The notes under the pieces: generated by a model
The model's input: only the letters and a program-made list of their open reading frames with translations
The model's database searches: none
Told to the model about the DNA's origin: nothing
Program-made: the position numbers and the translations under genes
DNA from: Savitreella phatthalungensis
Lineage: Eukaryota
DNA: 64,000 bases
Direction of reading: 5' to 3'
Assembly (NCBI GenBank): GCA_051599415.1
Contig: AP039704.1
Span: forward strand, 62,001 to 126,000
In this document: positions 1 to 10,000 of the stretch, in pieces
Numbering within the stretch: the first letter of the stretch is position 1
Layout of the letters: every line of letters begins with the position of its first letter

Positions 1-394
1 TGCATCTAGCGGCGGCGTGCGTTCTGGTGGTCTGAGTATCGGGCTGAAACCAGCTAAACCAGCGGTTCCCGCGACAATAGCATCGAAGACGGCCACGCAG
101 CCTCCACCACCGCCGCCGCCGCCGCTCCGCTCGACCAGACAGCCTGTCATGGCAAGTCTGCCGAGACCACCAGTGCGCCAGCGGCATGTATTTGGTCGCG
201 ATGATGACTATGATAGCCGGCACGGACATGCTCGCAGCAGAAGTAGAAGCAGGAGTCGGAGTCCAGGTCGGCACTCCACCAAACGGCGACACGAGCGGAG
301 TGTTGACGAATGGCGTCACGAGAGGGATCATAACGAGCGGCGTCAAGAGCGAAATTATGATGAGCGGCGTCACGATGACCGTCGATGGCGTTAG
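1..394 (+). CDS. 3' end of a gene truncated by the window edge; Pro-rich linker then RS/RD-rich C-terminus (splicing/RNA-processing-factor-like tail)
   Basis: Frame open from position 2 to TAG at 392-394; PPPPPPPP, RSRSRSRSRSP and RHD/RHE repeats. Confidence 0.55.
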   Translation, partial: ASSGGVRSGGLSIGLKPAKPAVPATIASKTATQPPPPPPPPLRSTRQPVMASLPRPPVRQRHVFGRDDDYDSRHGHARSRSRSRSRSPGRHSTKRRHERSVDEWRHERDHNERRQERNYDERRHDDRRWR

Positions 395-630
395 CATCAA
401 CGAAACTTTCACATCCTTGCATTTACGCATCACGACAATGTTCACGAACACTCCCGCTACGTCATCCCCACGTCTTCTAGGATGCCTCAGAATTGTATGT
501 ATTTAGTGAGCCGTGTGCATGAGTGCACACATACACGTGGTGGTAACTGCCAGTGCAAGTGCTATCGTGAGGAGTTGCGATATTGCAATTGCGCTAGACC
601 TGGATGGATGTGGAGTTTTGGAGATAATGC

Positions 631-1304
631 TCAGTGGTGGTGGTCGTCGTGGGCGTTGTGGTCACCGATAAAGTTGAGCTTGAAGACGGATCCGCACTCT
701 GGGCATCGTGACAGCTTGCCCTCCTCGACCGTCACCCAGAGTGTCTCGTGTGACTCGTGCTCACCAGTGCAGCCGACGTACCGGAAAGTGTCGAGCGAGT
801 CAACCATGATCGGCTCCTTCACCGTGCCGAGCTTCGAAAACCGGATAGGCTCCATGTCGAAGATGTCAACACCGGCCATCTTGCCCAAAATCTCCAAGCG
901 CTCAAGACCAGTAGACTGCTCGAGGTCAGTCGGCACCGATCCAGGCGCAGCACCGGGAGGAAGCAGGTCAGAAGCCGACTTGATGTCTGCCAAGCCTATT
1001 GAAGAGAAAGAAAATGTTAGTAGATGGATCACGGCAATGGAGAGTGGATGAGCTGCAGGAGGAGAGCTAGACAATGAATGCATGAACCACAACTGTGATC
1101 ATGTGGCCCCTCATTCATCCTTCCGCTCAAGTGCCGTGAGCACTCTTGGAGTGACATACTCTTGCCAGCATTAGTGTTGGCGCCGGTGTTGGCGTTCATG
1201 AGGCTGGCGGAAGTGCGGAGACCACGGGACATGACCATGGTCGAGCTCATTGAGCTTCGACCAATGGTTGTCCGTGCTTGTGCGAAGATGTTGCGCGATA
1301 GCAT
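631..1304 (-). CDS. COX4: Cytochrome c oxidase zinc-binding subunit (yeast Cox4 / mammalian COX5B), 2 exons (1304-1160, 995-631)
   Basis: Presequence MLSRNIFAQARTT; intron 1159-996 with GTATGT, CTAAC branch and TAG; motifs GSVPTDLEQSTGLERLE, RYVGCTG, RCPECGSVFKL; spliced CDS 510 nt. Confidence 0.92.
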
Positions 1305-1761
1305 GTGTGTGTGTGTTGTTGATCTTGATTGATTGACTCCCGAAGACGACCTTCTTCTTGTCGTTTGGAGGTTGAGAGGTACTGACGTCCGAGACTTGCT
1401 AGGACGGTTGTGCGGTTGTTGCTGTTGCTGTGTGACACGGGCAAGGCGGTCGCAGTGGATCGCTTGTCCGAGGTCTTCCACCTGCGAAAAAAAGATGCAA
1501 AAAGAGAATTTTAAGAAAATCTGAAAACTTTCAATGGATTTCTGTAAAGTCATTAATATTTTCTAATGATCAAGTCAACTTGCACGTCGAATGCACAAAA
1601 TCAAATCATCTTCCAAATGAATGCACACTTCCATCATAGCTCATCCATCCAACCCTAAGTCATCATCGTCCTACTCCTTCTCCTGCTTCTACAAGAGACG
1701 TGAGCAGCCGGTGAGGTGAGCTAGAAGGGTGCTAGAACGGCGGTAGGAACTGCTCATAGAT

Positions 1762-3498
1762 ATGCTCAGAAGGTCTCACATATTCGTGTGTAGATGCATC
1801 CATGTACGCCCTCTATGGTCTCCACATGAAGCCCGCATCCGTACTCGCTTCATCTCCCGTTCCATCCACATTGGGCGGCTCTCCCGTATGTTTATACCCT
1901 CAGGTACAGCTGTGCACAAGTCGGGAACAGAAGCAGGGAGTGGCTACAACCTCTTGTTCCGTGCAGGGCTCGTGAGACAGTCTGCTTCAGGGATATTCAC
2001 CCTGCTACCGCTCGGGAAGCTGGCAATAGGCAAGCTCGAGCGGTTGATAGATCTCTATATGACCCGAGGCCTGTCTTCATCACGCCTGTCGCTGCCTGTA
2101 CTGGGTACACGTGAGCTGTGGGAAAAGTCAGGCAGATGGGCTTCCCAAGCTGGAGAGATGTACCGCATGAAGGACAGAAAGGGTGCTGATTTCTGCCTGA
2201 GCCCGACACATGAGGAGGCCGTGACGCGTTGTGTCGCTGCGGACGTCAATTCCTTCAGAGCACTTCCAGTCCGCGTTCACCAGCAGACTGTCAAGTTCAG
2301 AGACGAGCTACGTCCACGAGGTGGTCTCCTTCGCGGCCGCGAATTCATCATGAAGGATCTCTACACCTTCGACGCTGACATCCCATCCGCACACGAGACC
2401 TACAAACACGTGACTGACGTCTATCGCCGGTTGTTCAACCGACTTGGGATGTCCTACGAGGTCGCTGTGGCCGACAGTGGGGCGATCGGTGGTGACCTGA
2501 ATCACGAGTTCCATGTCGCCTCTGCGCTCGGTGAGGACACGCTGCTGAAGTGTGATGGCGGATGTGGCTACACAGCCAATCAAGAGCTCGCCGGTGTGGA
2601 CGCAGACAGACTCGTGGCGGAGACGGCCATGTCCGGCTGGCAGGTCGTCCGATTTGCTCACCCTGTCGAGCGGGACACCCGATTCTACGAGGCACGAATC
2701 CCCGTCGGCAGATCCCTCGACCTCCGACGCCTTGCCAAACTCGCTGACTCGCAACTAGACAAACCCCTGATTCAACTTCATGACGCATTCTCCGTCCCCT
2801 ACGGCGCCACGGCCACCCCAATCTCAGACGCCCTCGAGTGCCTTGTGGCGCAGGCAGGCGACCCATGTCCGTCTTGTGCGACGCAGACCGATCATGGAGA
2901 CGGCTCAGCTGGAGGACGGCTTGTGGAGATGACGACGATCGAGTGTGGTCATACCTTTCACCTCGGGCAGAAGTACACTCGTCCGCTCAACTTCGTGTTC
3001 ACCGATGGCGGAAACGGAACAGTCGTGCCGGAGATGGGGTGTCACGGGATTGGCGTCACCAGACTTCTTCAAGTGATCGCAGAGACCCTTCGTGACGACG
3101 CTGGCCTCACTTGGCCACTCGGTCTCGAACCACTCCCAATCGTCGTCGTCCCTGCACGCCAGGAGCACCTGGACGCCGCACTCGCAGTTGCGCAACGCCT
3201 TGCTCGGCGCACTCTCGCGCAGCGCGCCCACGCAGAAGCTGACGAAACCACAAACTCAGAGTCAGACAATTGGTCGTTTGAGAAGTGGCATGACTATGGG
3301 GACATCGACGTCGATGGGACGGCAGCTGTGGTTGACGACAGATTTGGCAAAACTTGGGGCTGGCGGATCAAGGAAGCCGAATTGGTCGGTGCTAGAGAAG
3401 TCTACCTGGTAGGTGCACACCACGCCTCCGACGGCTCGACAGCCGATTTGGTCACGACTCGCGGCAAGAAAGGATTCACGACAGTCGAAATTGCTTGA
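1762..3498 (+). CDS. AIM10: Prolyl-tRNA synthetase, mitochondrial (bacterial-type)
   Basis: Arg-rich presequence; LSPTHEE, KFRDELRPRGGLLRGREFIMKDLYTF, ECGHTFHLG, MGCHGIGVTR class II ProRS motifs. Confidence 0.9.
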   Translation: MLRRSHIFVCRCIHVRPLWSPHEARIRTRFISRSIHIGRLSRMFIPSGTAVHKSGTEAGSGYNLLFRAGLVRQSASGIFTLLPLGKLAIGKLERLIDLYMTRGLSSSRLSLPVLGTRELWEKSGRWASQAGEMYRMKDRKGADFCLSPTHEEAVTRCVAADVNSFRALPVRVHQQTVKFRDELRPRGGLLRGREFIMKDLYTFDADIPSAHETYKHVTDVYRRLFNRLGMSYEVAVADSGAIGGDLNHEFHVASALGEDTLLKCDGGCGYTANQELAGVDADRLVAETAMSGWQVVRFAHPVERDTRFYEARIPVGRSLDLRRLAKLADSQLDKPLIQLHDAFSVPYGATATPISDALECLVAQAGDPCPSCATQTDHGDGSAGGRLVEMTTIECGHTFHLGQKYTRPLNFVFTDGGNGTVVPEMGCHGIGVTRLLQVIAETLRDDAGLTWPLGLEPLPIVVVPARQEHLDAALAVAQRLARRTLAQRAHAEADETTNSESDNWSFEKWHDYGDIDVDGTAAVVDDRFGKTWGWRIKEAELVGAREVYLVGAHHASDGSTADLVTTRGKKGFTTVEIA

Positions 3499-3559
3499 CG
3501 GATGAGGGACGACATGGATGACGTATGCATAGACGAACAAACGCTACCAGAGGGGCCGA

Positions 3560-4855
3560 TCAGATGATGAGTGCGTTCTGGTACTTTTGGAGCTTGTTGA
3601 GCAGCTTGTCGCCCTCAGCAATCACCTGGCGGTACCTGGTGTCCCTGCCTGTGCCTCTGCGTGTCTGGACGACGTTGTCGACGCGGTCGATGACTGCGTG
3701 GATTCTTGCCTGCCTGATGAACTTGGCGAGGTCGCCGTCAAGCCAGTCGACCGTGACGCCGAACGACCTGGCCATGCTGTCAAGCGCGAGGGACGAGTAT
3801 GACTGGAGGAGCTGGTTGTAAGCCTTGACACGGAGCTCGCGGACCCAGTACCGCGCGTGCGCGTGCAGGAATCTGTCCTGCTCCAGCAGCCGCTGTGCGT
3901 CTGCAAGCGCAACAAAAAACGAAGCATAGTCAGCCAAGTACAGGGAATCCGTGGCAGAGCCTAGAGACTCCCACGCAGATCGCGTCGCGAGAATTTCAGG
4001 AGAATCCACCAACTTCCGCTTCAGATCAGCGCGATCAAGTGAGATAAGACCAGCTACCACACAGTATTTGACAATGTCCGCGTACGAGCACAGCTCAGTG
4101 GATGTGAATGTGGCGACCGTGTCCTGGAGGACGTCGCTTGCTTCTGAGAATTTGCGAATGCTGGCAAGATAGATGCCTCTGTATGCCTTGAACCTGTTAC
4201 GTCTGTCCCAGTCTCCGCCTTTGTCGATGAGGGCCTGTGCGCGGTCTAGGAGTGTGGCTGTCTCGTCGTGCTGCATGAAGAAGAGTGCGAGTCTGAGCTG
4301 TGCAAAGAGCAGATCGATCTTTGCTCCAGACGTCGACGTCTTCTCCTCCGCGACCTTGTAAGCCTCCTTCGCACGCTTGTCGTCGCAGATCAACGCCAAA
4401 TACTCTGCCCGATCACGCAACACCCCAAGCAACTCCATATCACCTTCCTCCTCCTCGTACTTCTTGTACTTCTCGTCCAGCGACGCCAGGTGCGCATCGT
4501 TCGCAGACACCATCCCCTCGTACTTCGTCCGGTCAAATTCACCGACATTCGACAGGCACAGCGTGTGGTGGATGTGGTCATACAGCGGCGCCATCTGGTG
4601 TAGATCGATCTGTTCTAGCACCAGCGTCCGTGCTCCCTCATGCAGGTCCGACAGCTCAGACTGACCGAGCTGGAAGAGTGCCTGAGCGATCCGCAGATCA
4701 GGTATCGGTGGCAGCGAGTTGTCATCTAATGGTTTGACAGTCGTGGCTGTCGACTCTGACCCTGTTGCCAGAGTGTCAGCGGCAGGAGCAGCGTCTGTGA
4801 CCTGCGTTTCTACAATGTCAGGGACAACAGTATCTGCAGGCTGATCTGCTGACAT
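3560..4855 (-). CDS. RPN7: 26S proteasome lid subunit Rpn7
   Basis: GGDWDRRNRFKAYRG, TFTSTEL, C-terminal PCI domain and YRQVIAEGDKLLNKLQKY. Confidence 0.95.
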   Translation of the reverse strand: MSADQPADTVVPDIVETQVTDAAPAADTLATGSESTATTVKPLDDNSLPPIPDLRIAQALFQLGQSELSDLHEGARTLVLEQIDLHQMAPLYDHIHHTLCLSNVGEFDRTKYEGMVSANDAHLASLDEKYKKYEEEEGDMELLGVLRDRAEYLALICDDKRAKEAYKVAEEKTSTSGAKIDLLFAQLRLALFFMQHDETATLLDRAQALIDKGGDWDRRNRFKAYRGIYLASIRKFSEASDVLQDTVATFTSTELCSYADIVKYCVVAGLISLDRADLKRKLVDSPEILATRSAWESLGSATDSLYLADYASFFVALADAQRLLEQDRFLHAHARYWVRELRVKAYNQLLQSYSSLALDSMARSFGVTVDWLDGDLAKFIRQARIHAVIDRVDNVVQTRRGTGRDTRYRQVIAEGDKLLNKLQKYQNALII

Positions 4856-5060
4856 CCCTGCTGCTGTGTGTGTGATTGCAGTGTGCTCTGAAGGGCGATT
4901 GACGTGGATGGGTCTGTTAATTGTGCGAGGTTACGCGTCGTCGTAAATGACGATGTGCCCAATTCAGAAGTTGATCTCAAAAGCACAAAACACAGCACAC
5001 CATACAAAGCACAAGCCAAGAGCTACGGCTGGAGTCAAGAGCGGTAGATCAAGGACGTCT

Positions 5061-5867
5061 ATGAATACGGTGTATGAGGCGGCTCTTGCAGGTGATGATG
5101 ACTTGCTCAGGTCTTTGCTGACGAAGGACGGTGGACTTGCTCAGAGTACTGACGGTGATGGCCGCTCTGCTCTGCACTGGTGCTGTGTGTCTGGGTCTGT
5201 GAGATGTGCACGGGTGCTTCTGTCGCTGTCGGATGACGCACCTACCTCGGGAGCATACGTCGGGGACGATGGACTTGTGGGGTCGTTCAGGGTGGATGTA
5301 AATGCTGGGGACTCTGGCGGATGGACGCCGCTGATGATTGCGGTGTCTGCAGGTCACGATGCACTCGTCCAATTGCTGCTGAGCGTGCCGTCCATCCAGC
5401 CCCAAAAGGTCAACCGCGGCGGACAGACAGCACTCCATTTTGCGTGCTCGAAGAACCGACCGGAAGCAGCACGCGCGATCCTCGACAAGGTCGCTGCCCT
5501 CGACGAAGCAGAGTCCGGGACCAGCGCCACGACAGGACGACCGCGTGTGACGCGTGTCAAGCAATTGCTCCGGCAGAAGGACCTGCAGGGTCAACTGCCA
5601 TTGCACCGGGCGGCTGCAGGTGGGAATTTGTCGATTGTGGAGCTGGTGCTGAGTCGCGGTAGCCCAGTGGACGGGAGTGACGCTGGCGGGTGGACTGCAC
5701 TGCACCACGCGTGTGCTGAATCGCACGGCGACTGCGCTGCCGCACTTGTCCACCGCGGCGCAGACACCGATCGCACTGACGCCGACGGACTCACACCGGC
5801 CAAGCTGATTGCAGACGATAAGGTCCGCAGATTCCTACTCCAGCAGTGCCCCGAGATGTTCTCCTGA
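5061..5867 (+). CDS. NAS6: Ankyrin-repeat proteasome assembly chaperone (Nas6/gankyrin-like)
   Basis: Protein is essentially ankyrin repeats: DGRSALHWCC, GWTPLMIAVSAGH, GQTALHFACSKNR, GQLPLHRAAAGG, GWTALHHACAESH; first ATG in the repeat region at 5061. Confidence 0.8.
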   Translation: MNTVYEAALAGDDDLLRSLLTKDGGLAQSTDGDGRSALHWCCVSGSVRCARVLLSLSDDAPTSGAYVGDDGLVGSFRVDVNAGDSGGWTPLMIAVSAGHDALVQLLLSVPSIQPQKVNRGGQTALHFACSKNRPEAARAILDKVAALDEAESGTSATTGRPRVTRVKQLLRQKDLQGQLPLHRAAAGGNLSIVELVLSRGSPVDGSDAGGWTALHHACAESHGDCAAALVHRGADTDRTDADGLTPAKLIADDKVRRFLLQQCPEMFS

Positions 5868-6073
5868 GCACTACGATATCCTCCAGACATCCACACCTAC
5901 GTAGCTACGAATGACGACAATCTACAATCATCACCGCTCCTGACAATTTGCTGTGACTGTGACCGTGACCGCGACTTGTGCATCCATATTATCATATCAG
6001 CAAGTTACACTGCAACACGCGCACATAGAACAACAAGCATTATACGCAAGATACGACACTACTTTCGGACTTG

Positions 6074-6508
6074 ATGCAGCGTGCAGGTGCAACGGCTGGT
6101 GCTGGTAGCAGTGGCGCTGGCGGTGCGAAGTCGAGGATGCTTGCTGGATTGAGCGGTCGGAGTGATCGCCTGCTTGGATTGGTTGATGGTGGAGGTGAAT
6201 TGCTAGTGAGCCGGTTTGTCGCGCTGGTGCAGTCGCTCTCGTCTGTGGTAGGGGAGGATGGGGTATCCACAACGACGACGGCATCTGCTGCTGCGCTTTC
6301 TGCCACATCACACTCCGCAGCGATTGTTCGCGGGATCGAGGATCTGCAGAAAATCGTCAGGGAGGTTCGAGCGGCTTGGGTCCTGGGCACGCCGTCTACA
6401 ACGCGGACAGAGGAACAGGACGGGGATGGAGCAGGGGAAGAGGAGGTACTAGAACTGGATGTGGATGCGATCGACGCTTTCGCGACATCAGTCTTGCTCG
6501 ATGGGTAG
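6074..6508 (+). CDS. MED22: Mediator complex subunit Med22 (Srb6)-like
   Basis: Helical pattern LVSRFVALV...AAIVRGIEDLQKIVREVRAAWVLG resembles fungal Med22; acidic tail. Confidence 0.6.
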   Translation: MQRAGATAGAGSSGAGGAKSRMLAGLSGRSDRLLGLVDGGGELLVSRFVALVQSLSSVVGEDGVSTTTTASAAALSATSHSAAIVRGIEDLQKIVREVRAAWVLGTPSTTRTEEQDGDGAGEEEVLELDVDAIDAFATSVLLDG

Positions 6509-6563
6509 GTGGAGATTATTTGGATGGGTACGGAACCAGGGCAGGTGGGTTATAGGGAACTAC

Positions 6564-9500
6564 CTACATGTTGTTCTGGGATTTGAAGACGTCCCAGGCG
6601 GCGTTGAGCTTGGCAAAGACTGCTGCAGCTAGCATTTTTTCCTGGACGGAGGCCTCGCGGTGGATCTTGTCCGGGTGGACTTTAGCGAGGGCGCGCATGT
6701 AGACGACTTTGCACTTGGCTGGGACGACGAGGTCTGCGAGTGTGACGGATTTCCAGTTGGCTGAGGGCCAGAGGACGAGATCCATCGAAGCCAGCAACGC
6801 TCGCAGATTGGTCTCCTTGCCCTTGCTCCAGGCGTCCAGCTTCCCGGCCACGGTATCGTACAGGGCCACGCGCTGAGTCTCCTCGTCGGCCGTCGCTGCA
6901 GCCTCTGCACGCAGCTTCCGTACGGCTGCAGCTGCCGCTCGCGATTCCACGGGGGCTGAGACCGGCCTGGTGGGCTGCGGCGCTGGCTTCGACTTCGGCT
7001 TCAGGGCATTCTCGCAGCGCGTGCGGGATTCAATCGCGCTAGGACCACCTAAACCACTCCGGACGAGTTCTTGCCAGACGGGTAGTGCATCAGAATGTCG
7101 CTCTTGCATCTCAAGCGCTGTCGCTTTGCGCTGCATTGCTTTCGCCCATATAGTGTTGAGCGCGATCGGCTTGTCGTCGACGCGAGTGCCTGCCGACACG
7201 GTCTCACCTTCGCCTCGGCCGACGCCGATGAGGGATATCGCAGCTTGCGCGTCTTCGACGGCCTCTCGCGCAGATCCCGTCTGAATCCGGACGAGCGCGC
7301 GATTCGTGAGTGAGACCGCCTTGAGTGGGTGATCATCTGGTAGACCTTGTAGAGATCGGTCATAGGCAGCGAGCGCTGCTGTGAAGTCACCTCGCTTGAA
7401 CGCTTCTGAACCACGCTGCCTGAACTGTGTGGATGTGGTGAGGATACTTGCGTCGACGTGTGGGATACGCCGCTTCGGTCTCGTGGTTGCTCCAGGAAGA
7501 GAAGCACGTCTGCCTGATCCGAATGTTGACTCTCGGCCTTTGCCCTTGGCAGTGCTCGAGCTGGGTCCTGATCCCGATCCCGACGGTGCTCCAAATAGAT
7601 CGTCTTCCTCGATCGGTGCGGCCGACCTCGCTTTGCCTTTACCGCTGGCCGAGGCCCTCGAGCTTGAGGATGCGCCAAACAGATCCTCCTCCTCGACAGG
7701 CGCAGGCGGTGTGCTCTGTTGCTGGGGACGACGCCTGCGCGACGACACGTATTGCGAGGTATCGTCCTCGTCGGCCTTGAAACGGCGAGCGTCAAGCGTG
7801 GCTGCGGTGGCTGTGACGGCAGCAGCACTAGATGCTCCCCAGCCAGCACCGAACTGACGGAGGGAGTCTGGGATGCTGCGCATCGAAGTGAAACTCTTAC
7901 CTGACTTTGTCGAGTCGACGCTGTTGCGGCGAGAGCCACCACCGCTCGCTGAGCCGCCGTAGAGACTTGGGCTCTGGTTCTGCTGCGATGGAGGTAGAAC
8001 GCCGTTGGCCTCCAACCTCTTACGCTCAGCCGGATGCATCGGTAGACCTTCCTCACGAATACCGCGTACCTCGTCGCCGTCGTTGTCGTCGAACCGCGCG
8101 CGGGATTTGCCTTTAGATTTGGCTTCCTGCTGCTGCGTTTCTCGCATCCACTTCGGCCGGTCGTCTTTAATGTGCGGCGTCGTAGCAACACTGCGATTGT
8201 ACTCAGCCAGCTTACGACGGGCCATCGCGGACTTGTTGACGAACCAGGTATTAGCGGATGCCAATGTCTTCGAAGCCATCACATACGTTTGATCTACCCA
8301 GTCGGCGTCATCCTCGGCACTAGTACGTCCTGATTGCGTATGCCGTTGCTGAGGAGCTTGCTCTTGTCGGCTTTTTTGTGTGCGCTCGCTTGGTCTTTTG
8401 GGGGCGTCGACGGGAGTGCCCTGCAAGGACAGCAGGAGATCTAGGGCGGCTCTGACATCGGTACCATTTTCTGTGTTGGCAAGGGCCATGCGAGCTTGCA
8501 TGTCTGTGAATCCCATCTCCATGATACTGGCGACCGCGCGATCTTCCTCCCTCTCCCGACGCGCGTGCATCTGCTGTGTCTGCGCATTTGTCCGCAGGCT
8601 CTCTTCCTTTGCTCGCCGCATATCTTCGTCATCGTCATCGCTATTATCGTGGTCGTGGTCGTAAGTCGGCGCTGTAGGCCGTCTTGCAGGCTTTGCAGGT
8701 GGATTAATCTCGTCAGCACCATCAGTCGGACGCACTGCACGCTTGCCGCGATCGACGGATGTATCGATTGGCTTACCGAGTGCCCCTAGAATGTCTTCGT
8801 CATCATCGACGGCGGCGACTGCTCTCGACTTACCGTGCGCCCGCGCCGCCGCAAACATATCCACGAACTCATCGTCGAGCGACTTGGCGGCGTTGCCATT
8901 TTGACTCGCTGATGAGGCATTCTGCTCGTTGCGATGTGCTTGCGGCTTCGTTTCAGGTTCCAGTATGGATGTTCTGGTTGGACTTGCTGGAGGCGGGTAG
9001 TACGAGTCGCCCCGAGTGAAAGGACGTTCGCCGTTGATCTGAGCCATTAGATCTTCTGCGGTCTCCGAGTCCTCTCGTCCACTCGTCAGTGATGGGATGC
9101 CTGCGGCAGGTGCTGGCGATGGTACTGACGGCGTACCGCTGCGGGAAACTCCGTGAATGGACATGTTGCCGAACTGCCGGTCGAGCGCTGCTGCCTGCGA
9201 CCTCCGCTGCGCCTCGTTCGCTGCAGCCTGCTGCTGCATAGACATCGGACCAGTCTTGCCGCTCCCACTTCCCTTGCCGAAGTCAACAAGACCTCCAAAG
9301 CTGTCGGCCGCCGGGGTGGCTGACCGTGTGTTGTAGGCACTAGAAGTACCGTTCGTGCTGCTGCTGCTGCCACCGCCGCCGCCACCACCAGCTACATTGT
9401 TGAGCGGAGTGGACGAGCGACTTGGGGCGTTGTTGATGGAGAAAGGGTTGTTCTGCTTACCAGCGAGCGGTGAAGGAACGTTGAGCTTCAGAGGTGGACT

Positions 9501-9599
9501 GATCATCGTGGGTATATTGGCAGCTCTACTGCTACTGCTACTGCCGTGGTTGTTGCCGTTGGCCTGAGGCTGCCAGGACATGTCCAGAAGGTCATCCAT
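6564..9599 (-). CDS. SWA2: Auxilin-like clathrin-uncoating co-chaperone (UBA-TPR-DnaJ; Swa2/Ucp7)
   Basis: MDDLLD start; UBA (SIMEMGFTDMQARMAL), TPR (RGSEAFKRGDFTAALAAY), auxilin J-domain (WSKGKETNLRALLASM...KVHPDK). Confidence 0.9.
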   Translation of the reverse strand: MDDLLDMSWQPQANGNNHGSSSSSRAANIPTMISPPLKLNVPSPLAGKQNNPFSINNAPSRSSTPLNNVAGGGGGGGSSSSTNGTSSAYNTRSATPAADSFGGLVDFGKGSGSGKTGPMSMQQQAAANEAQRRSQAAALDRQFGNMSIHGVSRSGTPSVPSPAPAAGIPSLTSGREDSETAEDLMAQINGERPFTRGDSYYPPPASPTRTSILEPETKPQAHRNEQNASSASQNGNAAKSLDDEFVDMFAAARAHGKSRAVAAVDDDEDILGALGKPIDTSVDRGKRAVRPTDGADEINPPAKPARRPTAPTYDHDHDNSDDDDEDMRRAKEESLRTNAQTQQMHARREREEDRAVASIMEMGFTDMQARMALANTENGTDVRAALDLLLSLQGTPVDAPKRPSERTQKSRQEQAPQQRHTQSGRTSAEDDADWVDQTYVMASKTLASANTWFVNKSAMARRKLAEYNRSVATTPHIKDDRPKWMRETQQQEAKSKGKSRARFDDNDGDEVRGIREEGLPMHPAERKRLEANGVLPPSQQNQSPSLYGGSASGGGSRRNSVDSTKSGKSFTSMRSIPDSLRQFGAGWGASSAAAVTATAATLDARRFKADEDDTSQYVSSRRRRPQQQSTPPAPVEEEDLFGASSSSRASASGKGKARSAAPIEEDDLFGAPSGSGSGPSSSTAKGKGRESTFGSGRRASLPGATTRPKRRIPHVDASILTTSTQFRQRGSEAFKRGDFTAALAAYDRSLQGLPDDHPLKAVSLTNRALVRIQTGSAREAVEDAQAAISLIGVGRGEGETVSAGTRVDDKPIALNTIWAKAMQRKATALEMQERHSDALPVWQELVRSGLGGPSAIESRTRCENALKPKSKPAPQPTRPVSAPVESRAAAAAVRKLRAEAAATADEETQRVALYDTVAGKLDAWSKGKETNLRALLASMDLVLWPSANWKSVTLADLVVPAKCKVVYMRALAKVHPDKIHREASVQEKMLAAAVFAKLNAAWDVFKSQNNM

Positions 9600-10000
9600 G
9601 GTCGCGTGGGATACCGCTGTGTGATGTATCCACGCTCTCTCCTGGATAATGATCCGATCCCGATGAGTGACTTGCGCCTAGACTTCCATGTGAGAAGGAT
9701 GAACTATCAGTAGAGTAAGAGGGCGCTACAGAAGGAAGATGATTGGAGTTATTGTCGTTGTTGTAGGAGATGAAGATGACGTTGAGGTTGACGATGGTTA
9801 CATTCAGTGGTGTAGATCATATGGTTGAATGACTGAATATGAATGAATGTATGAAAATGAGAAGAAGGAGGCTTGGCAGTTCAAGTACACGTGTATTTCA
9901 CCTGGATTTCTCTCTGAATGCACAAACACTCCAGCACACGTACAGGGTTCAAGACACACCTTTGACTTCAGTGTTGGTCCTTGTTGTCAATCAGGTGGAG

